The notes beneath the pieces are model-generated. The model was given only the letters and a program-made list of their open reading frames with translations. It made no database searches and was not told where the DNA came from. From Lama guanicoe (lineage: Eukaryota), in the NCBI GenBank assembly GCA_013239625.1, contig MU054338.1, positions 4,551,371 to 4,615,370 on the forward strand: DNA of 64,000 nucleotides, written 5' to 3'. Shown here in pieces: positions 1 through 12,909 of this stretch. Each line of letters begins with the position of its first letter. Position 1 is the first letter of the stretch. A program made the position numbers and the translations under genes.

Positions 1-84
1 CGTTTCTGTGAGGGTCTTCTATTTTTCTGTTCAAGGCGAAGCCATGACGTTAACCTGCCTCTGCTTTCCTTCTCACCCTCCCCC

Positions 85-760
85 ATCTCTGATCCATTAG
101 CAAATCCTGCTGACTCTTCCTCAAAATGGATCCAGAGTCTGGTCGCTTCTCTTTCCCTTCATTCCTTCCACTGTGGTTCACGTCCTATTGTCTCTACCAG
201 GATTATGGAAACAGCCTCATAAAGGCGGTCTTGCCTTTTCCTTGCCCCATCTTTGGCCTGTTCTCCCTGCAGCAGCCAGAGGGCGCTTGTGAACACCTGA
301 CTCAGAACATATCCCTTCTCTGCCTGCAACACTCTATGGCTCCTACCTTCCTCGGGGTAAAAGCCTGTGTCCTCCTGTGGCCCACAAGGCCTTGTCTGAT
401 CTGACTCTCTTTTCCTTCCTGACCTTGTCTTCTATTAGTCGAACCCTTACTTCACTCTGGTCCACCCACACTGGCCAGATCAAGATTCTTCAAACGCGCC
501 AAATACTCAAGGAACCTTGAATGGGATGCCCACTCCGCCTTGAATGTTGTTGCCCTGACACCCACATGGCCAACTCTCTCACTTTCCTCACCTCCTTCAA
601 ATCTTTGTTCCAATCATTTCTTATTAATGAAATTTCCTCCGACAACTCATTTTGTAGTTTCCTACTCTCCCACCCTGATATTAATGCCTCTTCTGCTTCC
701 TTATCTTCATTTTCTTTTCATAGTGCTTTCCAGTTTCTAACATACTATAACCTTTTTATT
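85..760 (+). mobile_element. L2 LINE 3' fragment
   Basis: Degenerate L2 motifs (agcaaatcctg..ctcaaaat, gcagcagccagag, caaggccttg..tgatctg). Confidence 0.7.
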
Positions 761-824
761 TATTTCATTTATGGTCTTCCATCCCCTACCAGAATGTTTT
801 ATTTTCTCACTGATATATTCCAAG

Positions 825-1230
825 CAAAGGTAACTAAACTCCAGTGGCTTAATTAAATAGGAAATTATTTTTCTTGCAAGAAGAGAAGCCAGAGTTAGGT
901 GTTGCTGGATTGGTTCTATCCCTTAGTGGTGTTATTAAGGATCTAGGCTCTCCTTAGATTTCCATTCCACTAACAGCATATTGGCTTCTCATCAATTATT
1001 TTCATGATTGCAAGGTGGCTGCCATAGCTCCAGACATCAAGACCATATTCAAGGCAGGAAGAAGAGGGTTGGGGCAGAGTGGCAAACTCTCCTTCCAATC
1101 CTCTCCCTTTAACAGGAAACAAAACCTTCCTAGAAGCTCCTTAGCGATTTCCCTTTCACCTAATTGGTCGGCAGAGCATCACATGACCACTCATAGTGAC
1201 AAAAGAATTTGACAAAGCAAGTGTTTGGCT
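825..1230. mobile_element. MLT1-type (MaLR) LTR
   Basis: cagtggctta..., gctccagacatc, ttcaaggcaggaagaag and cacatgaccac motifs. Confidence 0.6.
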
Positions 1231-2239
1231 TTCTGGCTTGGAGAGTGGGAGCACCAACGGTGAAGAGGTTGAGGGATAATCCCTGTTAACGTTTTAATGT
1301 TTATCCTTCTCATTTTTGTTGCCATATTCACCTCTCTCTGTGTTTATAAGACCCATGTCCATACATATATGACCCCTGAACTTGCATTTATAGTAAGCCT
1401 GCCACTGATTCAGATTCTGATTTCTCTCACAGGGTTAAAATCCTTTCTTGCTTTCAAATATGCAGTGGAACAACATTTCAGGAAAGCAGGTGCCTGCAGG
1501 AACCTACTCGGAAACCTCCTCTTCTCAGCTTACTGTGGAAACGCAGGATCCCGCCAGCGCCACAGCGCTCTGGGCAGCTCGGAGCGTGGATGCGTGGGGC
1601 GGCCTTCCCAGGGCTTCATGCCCTGGTGGGAAACAGGAGTTTTTGTTCCAGGTCACCGTTCTACTTTCTGTGTTCTGCAGCTCCTTGACTTTGGGGGGTT
1701 TGGGGAAGATACTAGAGCTCAGGGCAATAATAGTAGCACCAAGAACTTCTGGCTGCCGAAGCTTGCTGATGCCTGGCTCCAAGCGTGCCTCGCCGGCACC
1801 TATTACATGCTTAACACACAGGGTAGCCCTCAATACATGACTTGTCTTATGACTGGCTGGCTTACTTTCAACAAAGAACCCTCCAGCTTTTAAAGAAATG
1901 GTCAGTAAAACTGTCATGAGAGCCCCAGGGGGTAAACAAAGCACCTGGGCTTAGAGGGCGCTTTGGCAGAAACACTTGAAAGTTCCGAGTCGGTAAGTAG
2001 AAGTGGTCGGTGAAGCAGAGTTCCAGCGTTTCACAGAAAGCTGAGCCACTTGATGACAACAGCCTTTGGCAAGTGTTTTGCTTTCCTGAAACCTTGCAAG
2101 GAACCATCTCCTCCCTCCCTTCCAGGAACATTCTTATAACTTGATGACGATTGACACTGCTCACAAAGTTACCGCCATCCCATCTTGCCCCCCCCATGCC
2201 CCTTCCCCAAAACCTTGAGTCCCAGGGAAAGAAAAAGGG

Positions 2240-2430
2240 AATTAAGAGGTACAAACGACTAGATGTAAAATAAGTAAGGTTCACGAATGTAATGTTCAGC
2301 ATAGGGAATATGGTCAATGTTTTTAACAACTTTATATGAAGTATAATTTATGAGAATATTAAATGACTATGCTGTGCCCCTGAAACTAATGTCATATCGC
2401 GAATCAACTACACGTCAGTTGAAAGAAAAA
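2240..2430 (+). mobile_element. L1 3' end fragment
   Basis: gaggtacaaac...cagcatagggaata...cctgaaactaat...tcaactac. Confidence 0.75.
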
Positions 2431-2943
2431 GGAGATGAAAATTTAACATGTTGATGTCCTCCCTTCCGTGGCCACGTTAATACCTCCCTTCCTGCTCAAA
2501 GTGGGCTCCGTGAGCCAGGAGCATTGGCGTCACCTTGTCAGAAAAGCAGGATTCCAGGCCCCACCCCAGATCCGCTGGACCAGAGCCTGCGATTTAACCC
2601 GACCCACAGAGGACTTGTGTTCACTCATGAATGTTCCAGCATATTCTAGAATATTCGGTTTGCCATGCTGAAAGTCCTGCTTGTCTTTAAAACCAGAAAG
2701 GAAACATATTAACTTGGAGATTTTACACCTGCCAGTCCTTCTTCCTATGACACCTTTTCTCAAAATCTTACTCAGTACTGCCCTCTCTTTGAGTCTCAGC
2801 TGAGTCATCACTTCCACCAGGAAGCATTCTTTGAATCTCTCTCTTTTTTTTAAGTTAAAATATAGTTGATTTACAATATTGTATTATTCTTTGAACCTCT
2901 TGAACTAGGATTAGCTGTCATGTCTGTGTGTCTACCGAGGCTT

Positions 2944-3290
2944 TGTTGAGCTGAAGCGAGTAGACCACCAGATATTTCTCTAGCGAAGATGAGTTTACTC
3001 GGAATCAGTGGAGAATTGCAGTTCAGGGTCTGCAGCTGGTGAGCCATGTGCGAGTTCTTAATGGCAAGGGAAAGAGAACACTTTTGCAGGGGGGAAAAGG
3101 AAGTTGGGAGAGCTATAGTGAAAAAAGAGCACAAGGCTCTTCATTGGCTGCGTCCTTGCCAGGAAAGAAGAGGAGACGTCTTCTTCTTGGGCACTGCTGT
3201 CATCACAGGATGTGAGAGCTCCCCTTTCTGGTCTCCTGACTCTATTTACTTGAGGTTTCTGTTTATTAATTTTTTTTTTTTACAGCTTCA
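2944..3290 (-). mobile_element. Probable ERV solo LTR
   Basis: TG start, polyA-signal-like motif on the minus strand, low-divergence non-L1 repeat-like segment. Confidence 0.45.
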
Positions 3291-5089
3291 TGCTTTCTAG
3301 CCTGTGTTATAATTTCTCTTTCTCTTGGGTGTCTCCAACTTAAACTTTGAGCTCCCTCAGTACAGGGAATTGTAATTGGTAGGTTCTCCATAAATATGTT
3401 GAATGAATCAGTGAATGAATGATTTCTCTCTATTTTGAAGAGGAGCAATGTGAGGCCCAGAGAGGTTAAGTAACTTTCTCAGCATCACACAGCTGTAGGT
3501 GGCTGAGCTGGATTTTGAGCTCCTGACTGCAGAGTTCCTCTTGCAGACCTTTGGACCCTCTCCTTCTTTTCCTTTGACCCCAGGAATCCTTGGGGATACA
3601 GAGAAGAGACTAAATATTTGCTTTGAATCAACTTCCCACCTGGGATTCAGTTAGCTCAGTAATGCTCATGATTGGGACAACTTGATAACAACATTAAACC
3701 TGGTTGGTGGAGGCTGGGCTTCTGTTCTTTGTGACAGCTACAACTTGGGAGGGGGCTGAGGCGTGTTTACAAACAGGAGTTTCATTTGTGAGAGGCTGAT
3801 CTTCAATGCTGGGTTGGTCTAAAGTGTTCCATACAGAGGTGACAATTCTAAGGGATATTGAAACAGGAGACTGCACAGCGCTTACCAGAGCCAGCTGTGA
3901 TAGATCAGCTGCATCAGTGGCCTCAGGAAGGGTCTCTGTGTCCCCACACCCCTTCCTTGTAACTTTGTCGCCCCTTCCTGCTCTGGCTCTGGCTTGGTCT
4001 TGAGACTGGCTTTGGCCAATGGGCTTCAGCCACTGTGGCTCCAACGGAGGCTCCTAAAGTGAGTCTGTAATCCTTCTTGTCCTTTTTGTGATTAGTCTTT
4101 CCTCCTCTTGCGTCCCTGCCTCAACTGTGAGAATATGCCCAGGATAACCTGCTGGAAGGCTGTGAGAAACATACGGAGGAAAGTTTAGACATCCTCTCAT
4201 ACAGCTGGGGCTGTCCCTATTCAGCCACTCAGCCAGCTTGTAACTGACTACAGTTACCTGAGTGAGCCCAGCCACGATCAGCGGACCTTCCCAGCCAAAT
4301 CACAGACTCGGGAGCAGCAATCTAGCCTCCTTGCTTTAAGGCACTCAGTTTCAGGAGTGCTTTTCTAGGAAGCATTATTTGGGGGCAATTGCTAATTGAT
4401 ACAGTAGCCAATGGATTATCAACATTTTGCAATTGATTGCAATAAACTGGAATATAAAAAGAGAAGGTTTTGGATTTTCATTTCCTCTTAGTCATCAGGG
4501 TCTATAAATCTGTGATGCTTGAATTAAAGTTCTCTCTGAGGAAGACCTGCACGGGGCTTTATCTGTGTCTGCAACAGTGTTACATGTTGGTCTAATACAG
4601 TTGCCTTCAGGAACCACATATTTCTAAGGTAGACGGATAAAGTTGTGACCTCTACAGCAGGACTTTTTCTTACTGTAAACAGCAAGCCATACTTGGTGTT
4701 CCTTCACCCCCATGGTCTCATATACCACCAGAGGGAGAAAAAAAGACTTAGAATAAAATCTGCATGGTACTTAAATCCTATAAAGTGAAATCACTTTGTC
4801 CCCTGACAATCTAAATAACTTATGGTGTCCCCCCCATACAGATCCATTCATTTCAAGGAATGTTTTTGGTCACCTACAACGTGACTTTTCTCCTCAGAAC
4901 ACTGTAGTTGAAAAAAATTGAAAAGTTGAAAAGAAAAGATATTAGAATGTAAAACATTTTAAATTTAAATATTTTATTTATCCCTAAACAGAATGTATGA
5001 AATTTTCTTGGTTTTCATAGGAGCAAACTCATCAGTAATATTTTCAAAATCAAGTTCTAGGAAAAATTAACCATTACGAAGCACGTTAA

Positions 5090-5935
5090 GGGGGAGAGGG
5101 ATAAATTAGGAGTTGGGGATTAGCAGATGCAAACTACTGTATATAAAATAGATAAACAACAAGGTCCTACTGTTTAGCACAGGGAACTATATTCGATACT
5201 TTGTAATAACCTATAAAGAAAAAGAATATATATACAGGGGAAAATTTTTTTATTTCTTGTTTTTTAATTGAAGTGCAGTCAGTTTACAAAGTTGTGTCAA
5301 TTTCTGGTGTGCAGCAGGATGTTTTAGTCACACATATGCATACAATATATATATGTTTTTGATGCCCCCTTAAATTTTGTGCCTGAGGCAGGTGCTTCTC
5401 TCCCCTGACCCTGGTGGTGGCCCTGATCACGGGCTTTAGGGGACAGATTTATAGCTGTTTGAGGAAACAGGATAACATCCCTGTCACCCCTTGCTTAAAA
5501 ACACTTGATTATTAAAGAATGAAATAATACCATTTGCAGCAACATGGATGGACCTAGAGATGATCATACTAAGTGAAGTCAGTCAGACAGAGAAAGACAA
5601 ATATTGTATGACATCACTTGTATGTGGAATCTAAAAAATGACACAAATGAACTTACTTACAGAACAAAAACAGACTCACAGACATAGGAAACAAACATGG
5701 TTACCAGAGAGGAAGCGGGGGAGGGGTAAATTAAGAGTTTGAGAGTAACAGATACAAACTGCTATATACGGGATGGATAAACAACAAGGTCCTACTGCAG
5801 GGCACAGGGAGCTATATTCAATAGCTTGTAATGGCCTATAATGAAAAAGAATATCTATACATTTACAACTGAATCACTTTGCTGTACACCAGAAACTAAC
5901 ACAACATTGTAAATCAAGTACATTTTAATTTAAAA
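5090..5935 (+). mobile_element. Cluster of L1 3' UTR fragments (one inverted near 5240-5350)
   Basis: gcagcaacatggatggacctagaga..., ataaattaggagtt.ggattagcagat, cagggaactatattc. Confidence 0.85.
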
Positions 5936-6107
5936 ACACCTGATTATTAATAATAGTCTATTAGTGACACTTTCCTGCATGTACAGGGAGAACTATGAAC
6001 TATATTCAGTATCTTGTAACCTACGGTGAAAAATATGAGAACGAACGTACGTTTAAAAAAATTTTAATGTAGAAGTCACGTAACATAAAATTCACCATTT
6101 TAGACAA

Positions 6108-6173
6108 TACAGCTCAGGGGTAGAGCATGTGCTTAGCATGCACGAGATCCTGGGTTCAATCCCCAATACCTCA
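6108..6173 (+). mobile_element. tRNA-Ala-derived SINE (Vic-1-like), truncated
   Basis: agctcag..gtagagcatgtgcttagcatgcacgagatcctgggttcaatcccc. Confidence 0.85.
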
Positions 6174-6854
6174 CCATTTAAACTATTTTAAAGTGCAGAA
6201 TTAAGTGTCTTACAGAAAAGTCAAAATGTACAATCATTACCTTGTGGGGTCATTTAAAAAAAATAACCTTGGGTTCCAAGCATACTTGGTACAAGAGGTT
6301 TGCAATGGTCTATTCTAAGGGCAAGCTTCAGTTGACTTCCAGTGAGCCAGGCAAAAAAAAAAGAACATTTGTGTCAGTCACTAACCAGGACTGTTTGGCA
6401 TCAAATCTAAGCTGCCCTTCTGATAAGACATATAATGGGCTCTGCTTGAGTCTTGTGTCCTGCAGGGTGTCCCCCAGGGTGAACCACTGTCACCCTAATT
6501 CCAGCCAATTCCCACACCAGACCCCGCCATTTCAAGCTGTGGGAAGTTTGCTGAGAAACCATCGTTTTTAGGTGACTGGCAAAGGAGGAAGTGGCATTTG
6601 TGTTTGATGCTTCAGGTCTATGTGTTGCTAAAAGGATAATATTTCCTCCTTCTCTTGAAACGTGGCTTCCTCTTCTGTGACAGTGAGGGGGGTTTAGCAT
6701 TTGTCCGAGTGGGTAGAGCTGCTTACAGTGCCGGGGTGTGTGTTAGCTGACGACTTGGCGAGCAGCAGCCCGCCCAGCCAGATGGATTAAATGCAGAGGG
6801 TTTCACGAAGAGACCATCTAAGTGTGGGCAGGTAAAAGTGGTTCCGGACCCAAT

Positions 6855-7745
6855 TCCAATGTGTGTGGCTTTCACAAAACAATTCTCTGACACCAGCAGG
6901 GTGTCCAACAATTCAACTCAGTTGTGACACTCTCCACCCAGAGGTAGCACCACAGATTAGAGGCTTGGTCCCACAAGACTGCCTCTCAGCCCCTGACCAA
7001 CTTCAGATGCCAGTCACAAGCCCCAGTGACCCCTGTGCGTCTGTCCCACTGGCTGTAGACCAGAGGTTCCAACTTCTCTCTCCTCGAGGTCCATTAGTTT
7101 GCTCGAGCTGCTCACAGAACTCAAGACAACATTTTACTTACTAGAGTACCAGTTTATTATAAAAGGATACAACTGAGCAACAGTGAGATGGAAGAGATGC
7201 ATGGGTCAGAGTGTGAGGAAGCAGCATGGAGTCGCTGTGCCCTCTCCAGGCACGCCGCTCTCCCCAGATCTCCGGTGCTCACCAACCCGGAAGCTCTCTG
7301 ACCCCCGTCCTTTGGGGTTCTCATAGAGGCTTCAATACACAGACACGACAATTAGATCATTGGCCATTGGTGATTGATCTGACCTCCAGCCCCTCCCCCT
7401 TCCCTGGAAATCAGGGGGTGGGGCTGAAAGTTGCAACCCTTTAATTACGTGGTTGGCCCCCTGGCATCCAGCCCCCATCCTTAGGTGCTTTCCGAAAGTC
7501 ACCTCTTTGACATAAACCCAGCTGTGTTTATGGAAACCCATGGAAAGGGGCTTGTTATGAATAACAAGACACCGGTTCACCTCTATGGCTCTGAAGTGGT
7601 TTCAGGAACCGAAGACAAGATGTTTTAACACAAGACGGTCTCCTCACTCATCACTCAGGAAATCCATGGGTTTTTTTGGAGCTCTGTGCCAGAAATAAGA
7701 TGAAGCCCAAATACATATTTCTTATTATAAAACACAATATCCCCA
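6855..7745. mobile_element. MER21-like ERV LTR
   Basis: caattctctgacaccagc.gggtgtcc.acaattcaact...ttcttattata..cacaatat. Confidence 0.7.
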
Positions 7746-9004
7746 GCAGGTTTAAGGGAAACCAGTAAACAAGTTTTGGCCATTCCTGCAAAAACCCATC
7801 TTGCTGGTAAAATGATTGGCAGTTTTATTTTGAAGGTGTGCAGGGTAATAAGGCTATCTTCACCAAGGTGTAGAAGCAAGCCAAGGGGCCAGTCACTAGG
7901 TGTGTGTCTGGACTCGTCTAGCCAGGAGGTGTTCCCCGTGTTTGCCCTGGACCTTATAAAAGAGTCTTTTAACATGGGTGAGAAGGCAATTTCAGGACCC
8001 CTCGCTAACGGGACCAGTCAAGAATTTTACCAGCCAAGTAGATGAATGTAATTGTATTGGGTGACCCTGTCTCAAAGATCAGGAATTATTTTCCCAAGGT
8101 GGTGAGCCGAGAAGTGATAGGGTCATGGGGAACTGGGTAGATACAGGGTTGATGGCGCTCTGGACTTCAACCCTCTCCCTAACAAGTTCATCACGTTAAA
8201 GGAGCCTCCTCAAAACTGGATCCACCTTCTTGACATAGATGGTGATTGGCACTCACCGTTACCAGGTTTTCCCCACTGGCCACCATCAACATCTCCAAAC
8301 TCATTTTTGAGGTGCTTTAATATGGTCCACACTGGTGATGTACTATTTAAATGACTCGAGTGAAAAGAGAACAAATGGACCCTGCATTGTGCAAACTCTC
8401 CAGCCAATGCCCCCAGCCGTCATATCCACCCACAAGACTCCTTGAGAAACTGGAGTTCAAGATAAGAAGCTGTGCACTTCCTTTTTCTGGTTGTTGTTCA
8501 CTCTGAGGAGCTGCCAGACGGGGTGACAAGCCAAGGGCTTTTCGTCTTGTGGGTAAGGAGGAACTGGTTTTGCATCTTTCCACAGAAAATAGAAAATGTT
8601 TCGCTTGTGACCTTGGGTCTAGAAAAATATCCTGGCTCTGGAAAGGTTTTCAAGGCTACCTTGTTACATGTACAAGGTTGCTTTGTTCCTTGAAAGCTGC
8701 TCTAGGGGCATCTGCCTCATGTTCATTTTCCCATCTCCGCTTGGGCAAGGGCTGTGTGTGTTGCGTGGCGGGGTAGAACATACTGGGATGCTTGGGCGCG
8801 CTCAAAAGAGGTGGTGAATTGAATTGTAAGGGGTTTAAAGAGAACTGAAACAGGAAAGTTTCGAGAACAGAGTCTGAAGCAAATGCTGGTTTGTGAAGCT
8901 TGGTTCATTCTTCTCTCTGTCTCTTTCTGTCTCTGTGATGTAAAATGTATTTCTTCCACTGGGTCATGGTAAAAAAAAGAAGACCTCCAAATCAGCATTG
9001 CCAG

Positions 9005-9500
9005 ATGTACGAAATAAATCAGACACAAGGACAAATGCTATAGGATCTCACTCACGTGGAAGCTACACTAGTCAAAGGCATAGAAGCGGAGAGCAGAATG
9101 GTGGATTCCAGGGACTGGGGAGAAAGGAACGGAGGAAGTGAGGTCGAAGGGTTATGAAGTTTCAGTTACACAAGATGGATCGATTCTGGAGATGTGTGAT
9201 ACAGAAGTGCCTGCAGCTAACAATACTGTATTGTGTGCTTAAAATTCCCTAGGAGTGTGGATCTTCTGTTAACACACACACAAACACACACACACACACG
9301 CACACACACACACACACACACACCATACTGGGGCAGGAGGAAGTCCTGAGAGGTGATGGATATGTTCATGGTCTTGATGGCAGTGATGGCTTCATGAGTA
9401 TATAGTTCTCCCCAAACTCACCGGGTTGTATACACAAAATATATACAGATTTTTCCATGCCACCCATAGCTCAGTAAAGTGGTTCAAAAAACCAAAAAAC
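9005..9500 (+). mobile_element. L1M 3' end containing a (CA)n microsatellite (about 9270-9323)
   Basis: gaaataa.tcagacaca.aggacaaat...ggaggtgatggatatgtt. Confidence 0.75.
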
Positions 9501-10507
9501 CTAAATCAGCATTGCCAGGGGTCTCAGCTGTGCTGAAAACATTATCACTTTTTTTACATAAAATACTCACTTTAGTTAAACTGGTTTCAGATGAGTCCTC
9601 AAAAAATTACCCTTATTTAGACTGGGTTTCTTTACGTTGGGAGATTGCACAGTGCATTTTAGAGTAGGTTTTTGGAAGGGAGGATCAGTGTGAATGAAAA
9701 AGGGAAATGAATTTTGGGGGAAGAGAAAGCATCAGGAAATAGCCAAGTGTAACTCCTCAGAGATTCCAACACACAGAACTGAATTTTCAATCAGGCAAAT
9801 CCTGTCTGCTGCAGAGATTGCAAGCAGTCTTTGTGGCCCGCTGGCTCTGCATTTAGGGGAAAAGTGGATCTGAATGTCTTCAGGCGAAGCCCAGGGCCTC
9901 CACATCTCCACTGTCTCCTGACTCGCCTCAAATTCCCCGGTGGCCTCCCTTACCTATATTACAAGTTCAGATCTAGGGGGCAGTGGGGTTTGGGATCTTG
10001 GTGCAGGAGTTATGTGTGGTCTTTGGACTGAGACTGACTTTTTTCCAAGTCTTAGCTTTGCATTTTACGAGTAACACCACTTTGAGCCGGTGGTATAACT
10101 GAGCCTCCATGTCTTCATCTGAAAAATGGGAGGGTAATTGTAAGATCTACATCATAGGGTGGCTGTGAGCTTTCAGTGAGGTAGTACTGTCAAGGCATTT
10201 AGTTGGGTGCTTGACATACCATAGAAGCTCCATAAGTGTTTTTAGGAAGCGATAATAGAAAGGTTGAGAGAACTGTCTGCAGCAAAATTTGATGTGTGAG
10301 TCACAAATGTGTGACTAGCCCATTGAGGGCCATCAGAAATAAGAGACTTTTTCTGGGATGGGACTTCTCAGACCACTGCTTTGTTCCTGTGGGGGCTTCA
10401 TGGGGCTCTTACTAATTCTCATCACCACTGGGTAATGGATCTGCCCTTAGCATGCAGAGGCCTGGTTATACATCACGGGAGTCACGAAAGAGGCATGAGA
10501 GCTCTCC

Positions 10508-10800
10508 ACGACCACCGTCGTCACTGCTACCTCCACCACCACCATCACTACCACCACCATCCCCATCATCACCATCCCCATCGCCACCACCATCACCACA
10601 ACCTCCGCCACCATCATGACCGTGACTACCACCACCATCACCGTTAACTATCGCATCCACCATAATTACCACCATCACCATCATCAAAGCCATTCCCTTT
10701 GCTGTCACTACTTCCAAGTACATTACTTTCACCATTACCACCAACATCATCTTTATCCCCATAATTAATATCACCACCACCACCACCATTACCACCATCA
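10508..10800. repeat. Degenerate (CAC/CAT)n trinucleotide simple repeat
   Basis: About 290 bp of caccaccatcac-type units. Confidence 0.95.
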
Positions 10801-11559
10801 TGATATCCTGTCCTCATCAGTTAACTTTATTCAGCACCTGCCCCGGGCCAGGCAGGTGTTGCATGATCTGAAAGGTTATTTCACCGAGTCAGCACAATTC
10901 TGTGAAGTATACGCTCTTTCTTTGCTCCAGTTTGCAGATGAGAAAAACTGAGGCTCAGAGGCATGGTCCTTACACCAGAGTCACTGAACTAGTAACTGAA
11001 GATTTGCAATTCAAACTCGGGGTTTCCTGGGCACAAGTTATGTCATCTAACTGTGCATGGCCAACATCTAACTGTGGATGAGGCATTGAGAGAGAATTGC
11101 TCCACAGTCTGGCCTTAAAGGATTCCAAACGAAGAGATCAAAGCAGAATGGAGATATAAAAACAGCATAGAAAAGGGAAGGAGCTGCCAGAGAGAAGCCA
11201 ATTTTTAAAGCCATTTTGTTTTCCCTTCGATTAAAATATTCTGATTAAAATTTTATCATTGTTTTCTTATTGCTAAAGTAATGTATAAAATTTAGAATTA
11301 CAGTTAAACAAAAGAGAAATTTAAAATCACTCACAATGCCATTTCCTATTCACACTTATAGTTCCTTCAAATGCAATATTATATATTTTGCTCTACTACC
11401 TGCTTTTATCTTCATGCCGTATCACAGTCACTTTCCATGTTATTTTAATAGCCTCCTGCAGTGTCATTTTTTATTACAATATTGAATTATTTGCATTACA
11501 CATTGTTAAATACTGTCTTTCTTCTTACTTACATTTGATGAACTACTTTCTTCAAATTC

Positions 11560-12355
11560 TTTAGATATACCTTCCCAGTTGATGCCTTTATCATCCTTTG
11601 AGCATTATGTACTGTCTTTCTTTGTCTCTTGTAATAGTCTTTATTTTATGATCTATTTTATCTGATATAAGTATTGCTACTCCAGCTTTTTGTTTGTTTG
11701 TTTTTGGTTTCCATTTGCATGGACTATCTTTTTCCATCCCCTACTTTCAGCCTGCATGTGTCTCCAGCCCTGCAGTGGGTCTCTTGCAAACAGCATATAT
11801 GTGGGTCTTGTTTTTGTATCCATTCAGCCCATCTGTGTCTTTTGGTTGGAGCGTTTAATCCATTTACATTGAAGGTAATTATTGATACATACGTTCTTAT
11901 TGCCATTTTGTTAATTGTTTTGGGTTTGTTTTTGTAAGTCTATTTTCCCCTCTCTGTCTTCTTTTTGCTCTTTTCTTGTGGTTTGAAGACTAGAGAAGTT
12001 ACTCTAACATTTATTGAAAGCTGGTTTGGTGGTGCTGAATTCTTTTAGCTTTTGTTCATCTGCAGAGCTTTCAATTTCTCCATCAAATCTGAATGAGAGC
12101 CTTGCTGGATAGAGTATTCTTGACTGTAAGTTTTTCTCTTTCATCACTTTAAATATATCATGCCACTCCCTTCTGGCCTGTAGAGGTTCTGCTGAAAAAT
12201 CAGCTGATACCTTATGAGTGTTCCCTTGTATGTTATTTGTTGCTTTTCTCTTGCTTATTTTAATATTTTCTCCTTATCCTTAATTTTTTGTGACTTTGAT
12301 CACTATGTGCCTTAGTGTGTTCCTCTTTGGGTTGATCCTGTGTAGAACTCGCTGC
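11560..12355 (-). mobile_element. Internal L1 fragment spanning the end of ORF1 and the start of the ORF2 endonuclease
   Basis: Minus-strand ORF 11724-11906 MAIRTYVSIITFNVNGLNAPTKRHRWAEWIQKQDPHICCLQETH is the L1 ORF2p APE domain N-terminus. Confidence 0.92.
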
Positions 12356-12614
12356 AGGTAACTTTATCATCACTGGCACCACTTTTTGAGTGGTTTAACA
12401 GAGCGCATTACAGAGTATATTGTGTTTGCTAATATGCACTGGAAGTTTTTTACACTGTGTTGTTTGTTGTTTGTTGTTGTTGTTGGAAGAAACTGGATAG
12501 TTTGTCCTGTGGAGTTTCTTACTGTCTGGATCTTGCTGATTCCAATAGTCCAGGATTTCAAATTCTAGCAGAATATTCCATCGGAGGCATGTACTGTTTC
12601 CCACTTGTTGGGCG

Positions 12615-12860
12615 GTAACACTTGCTTCCTATAAGCCACTCTGCTCTTATCATCCTTGCCAAATCTTTCCTCGAGATAATTTCCCAGAAGTGGAATCATT
12701 GAGTCAACAGATGGGCAGAAATGGAAGAGTTTTGGTAAACATCAGTCACCTGGCTTCTCAACTTTGTGGCCATCAGAAATTGATTCTCATGGGGCTGACT
12801 CATTCCAGGAGCACTTGCCACATCTTGCGTGAGAACATTTCTCAGATCCAGCTCATGGTT
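12615..12860 (+). promoter_or_regulatory. Putative TATA-less myeloid-type proximal promoter of ADGRE4
   Basis: Ets/PU.1-like CTTCCT (about 12625-12630), C/EBP-like TTGCCAAAT (about 12656-12664), GAS TTCCCAGAA (12681-12689) and AP-1 TGACTCA (12796-12802), all within about 260 bp of the ATG. Motif matches only. Confidence 0.45.
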
Positions 12861-12878
12861 CCTGGAATCTCAACTGCT

Positions 12879-12909
12879 ATGGGAAACAGGTGCCTGTCCC
12901 TGCTCTTAG
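12879..12909 (+). CDS. ADGRE4: ADGRE4 exon 1 ([11 protein letters not shown]); in-frame upstream ATG at 12855 would add MVPGISTA
   Basis: ATG at 12879, donor GTGAGT at 12910, phase 1; start of signal peptide. Confidence 0.85.

Noticed and set aside
1297..1893. 198-aa ORF with a hydrophobic N-terminus
   Set aside because: No recognisable domain; overlapping ORFs occur in several frames; consistent with chance.
10381..10801. His-rich ORF and Val/Met/Gly-rich antisense ORFs
   Set aside because: They are translations of a degenerate (CAC/CAT)n simple repeat, with no splice or homology support.
11724..11906. Host endonuclease gene
   Set aside because: It is the N-terminus of L1 ORF2p, broken shortly downstream.
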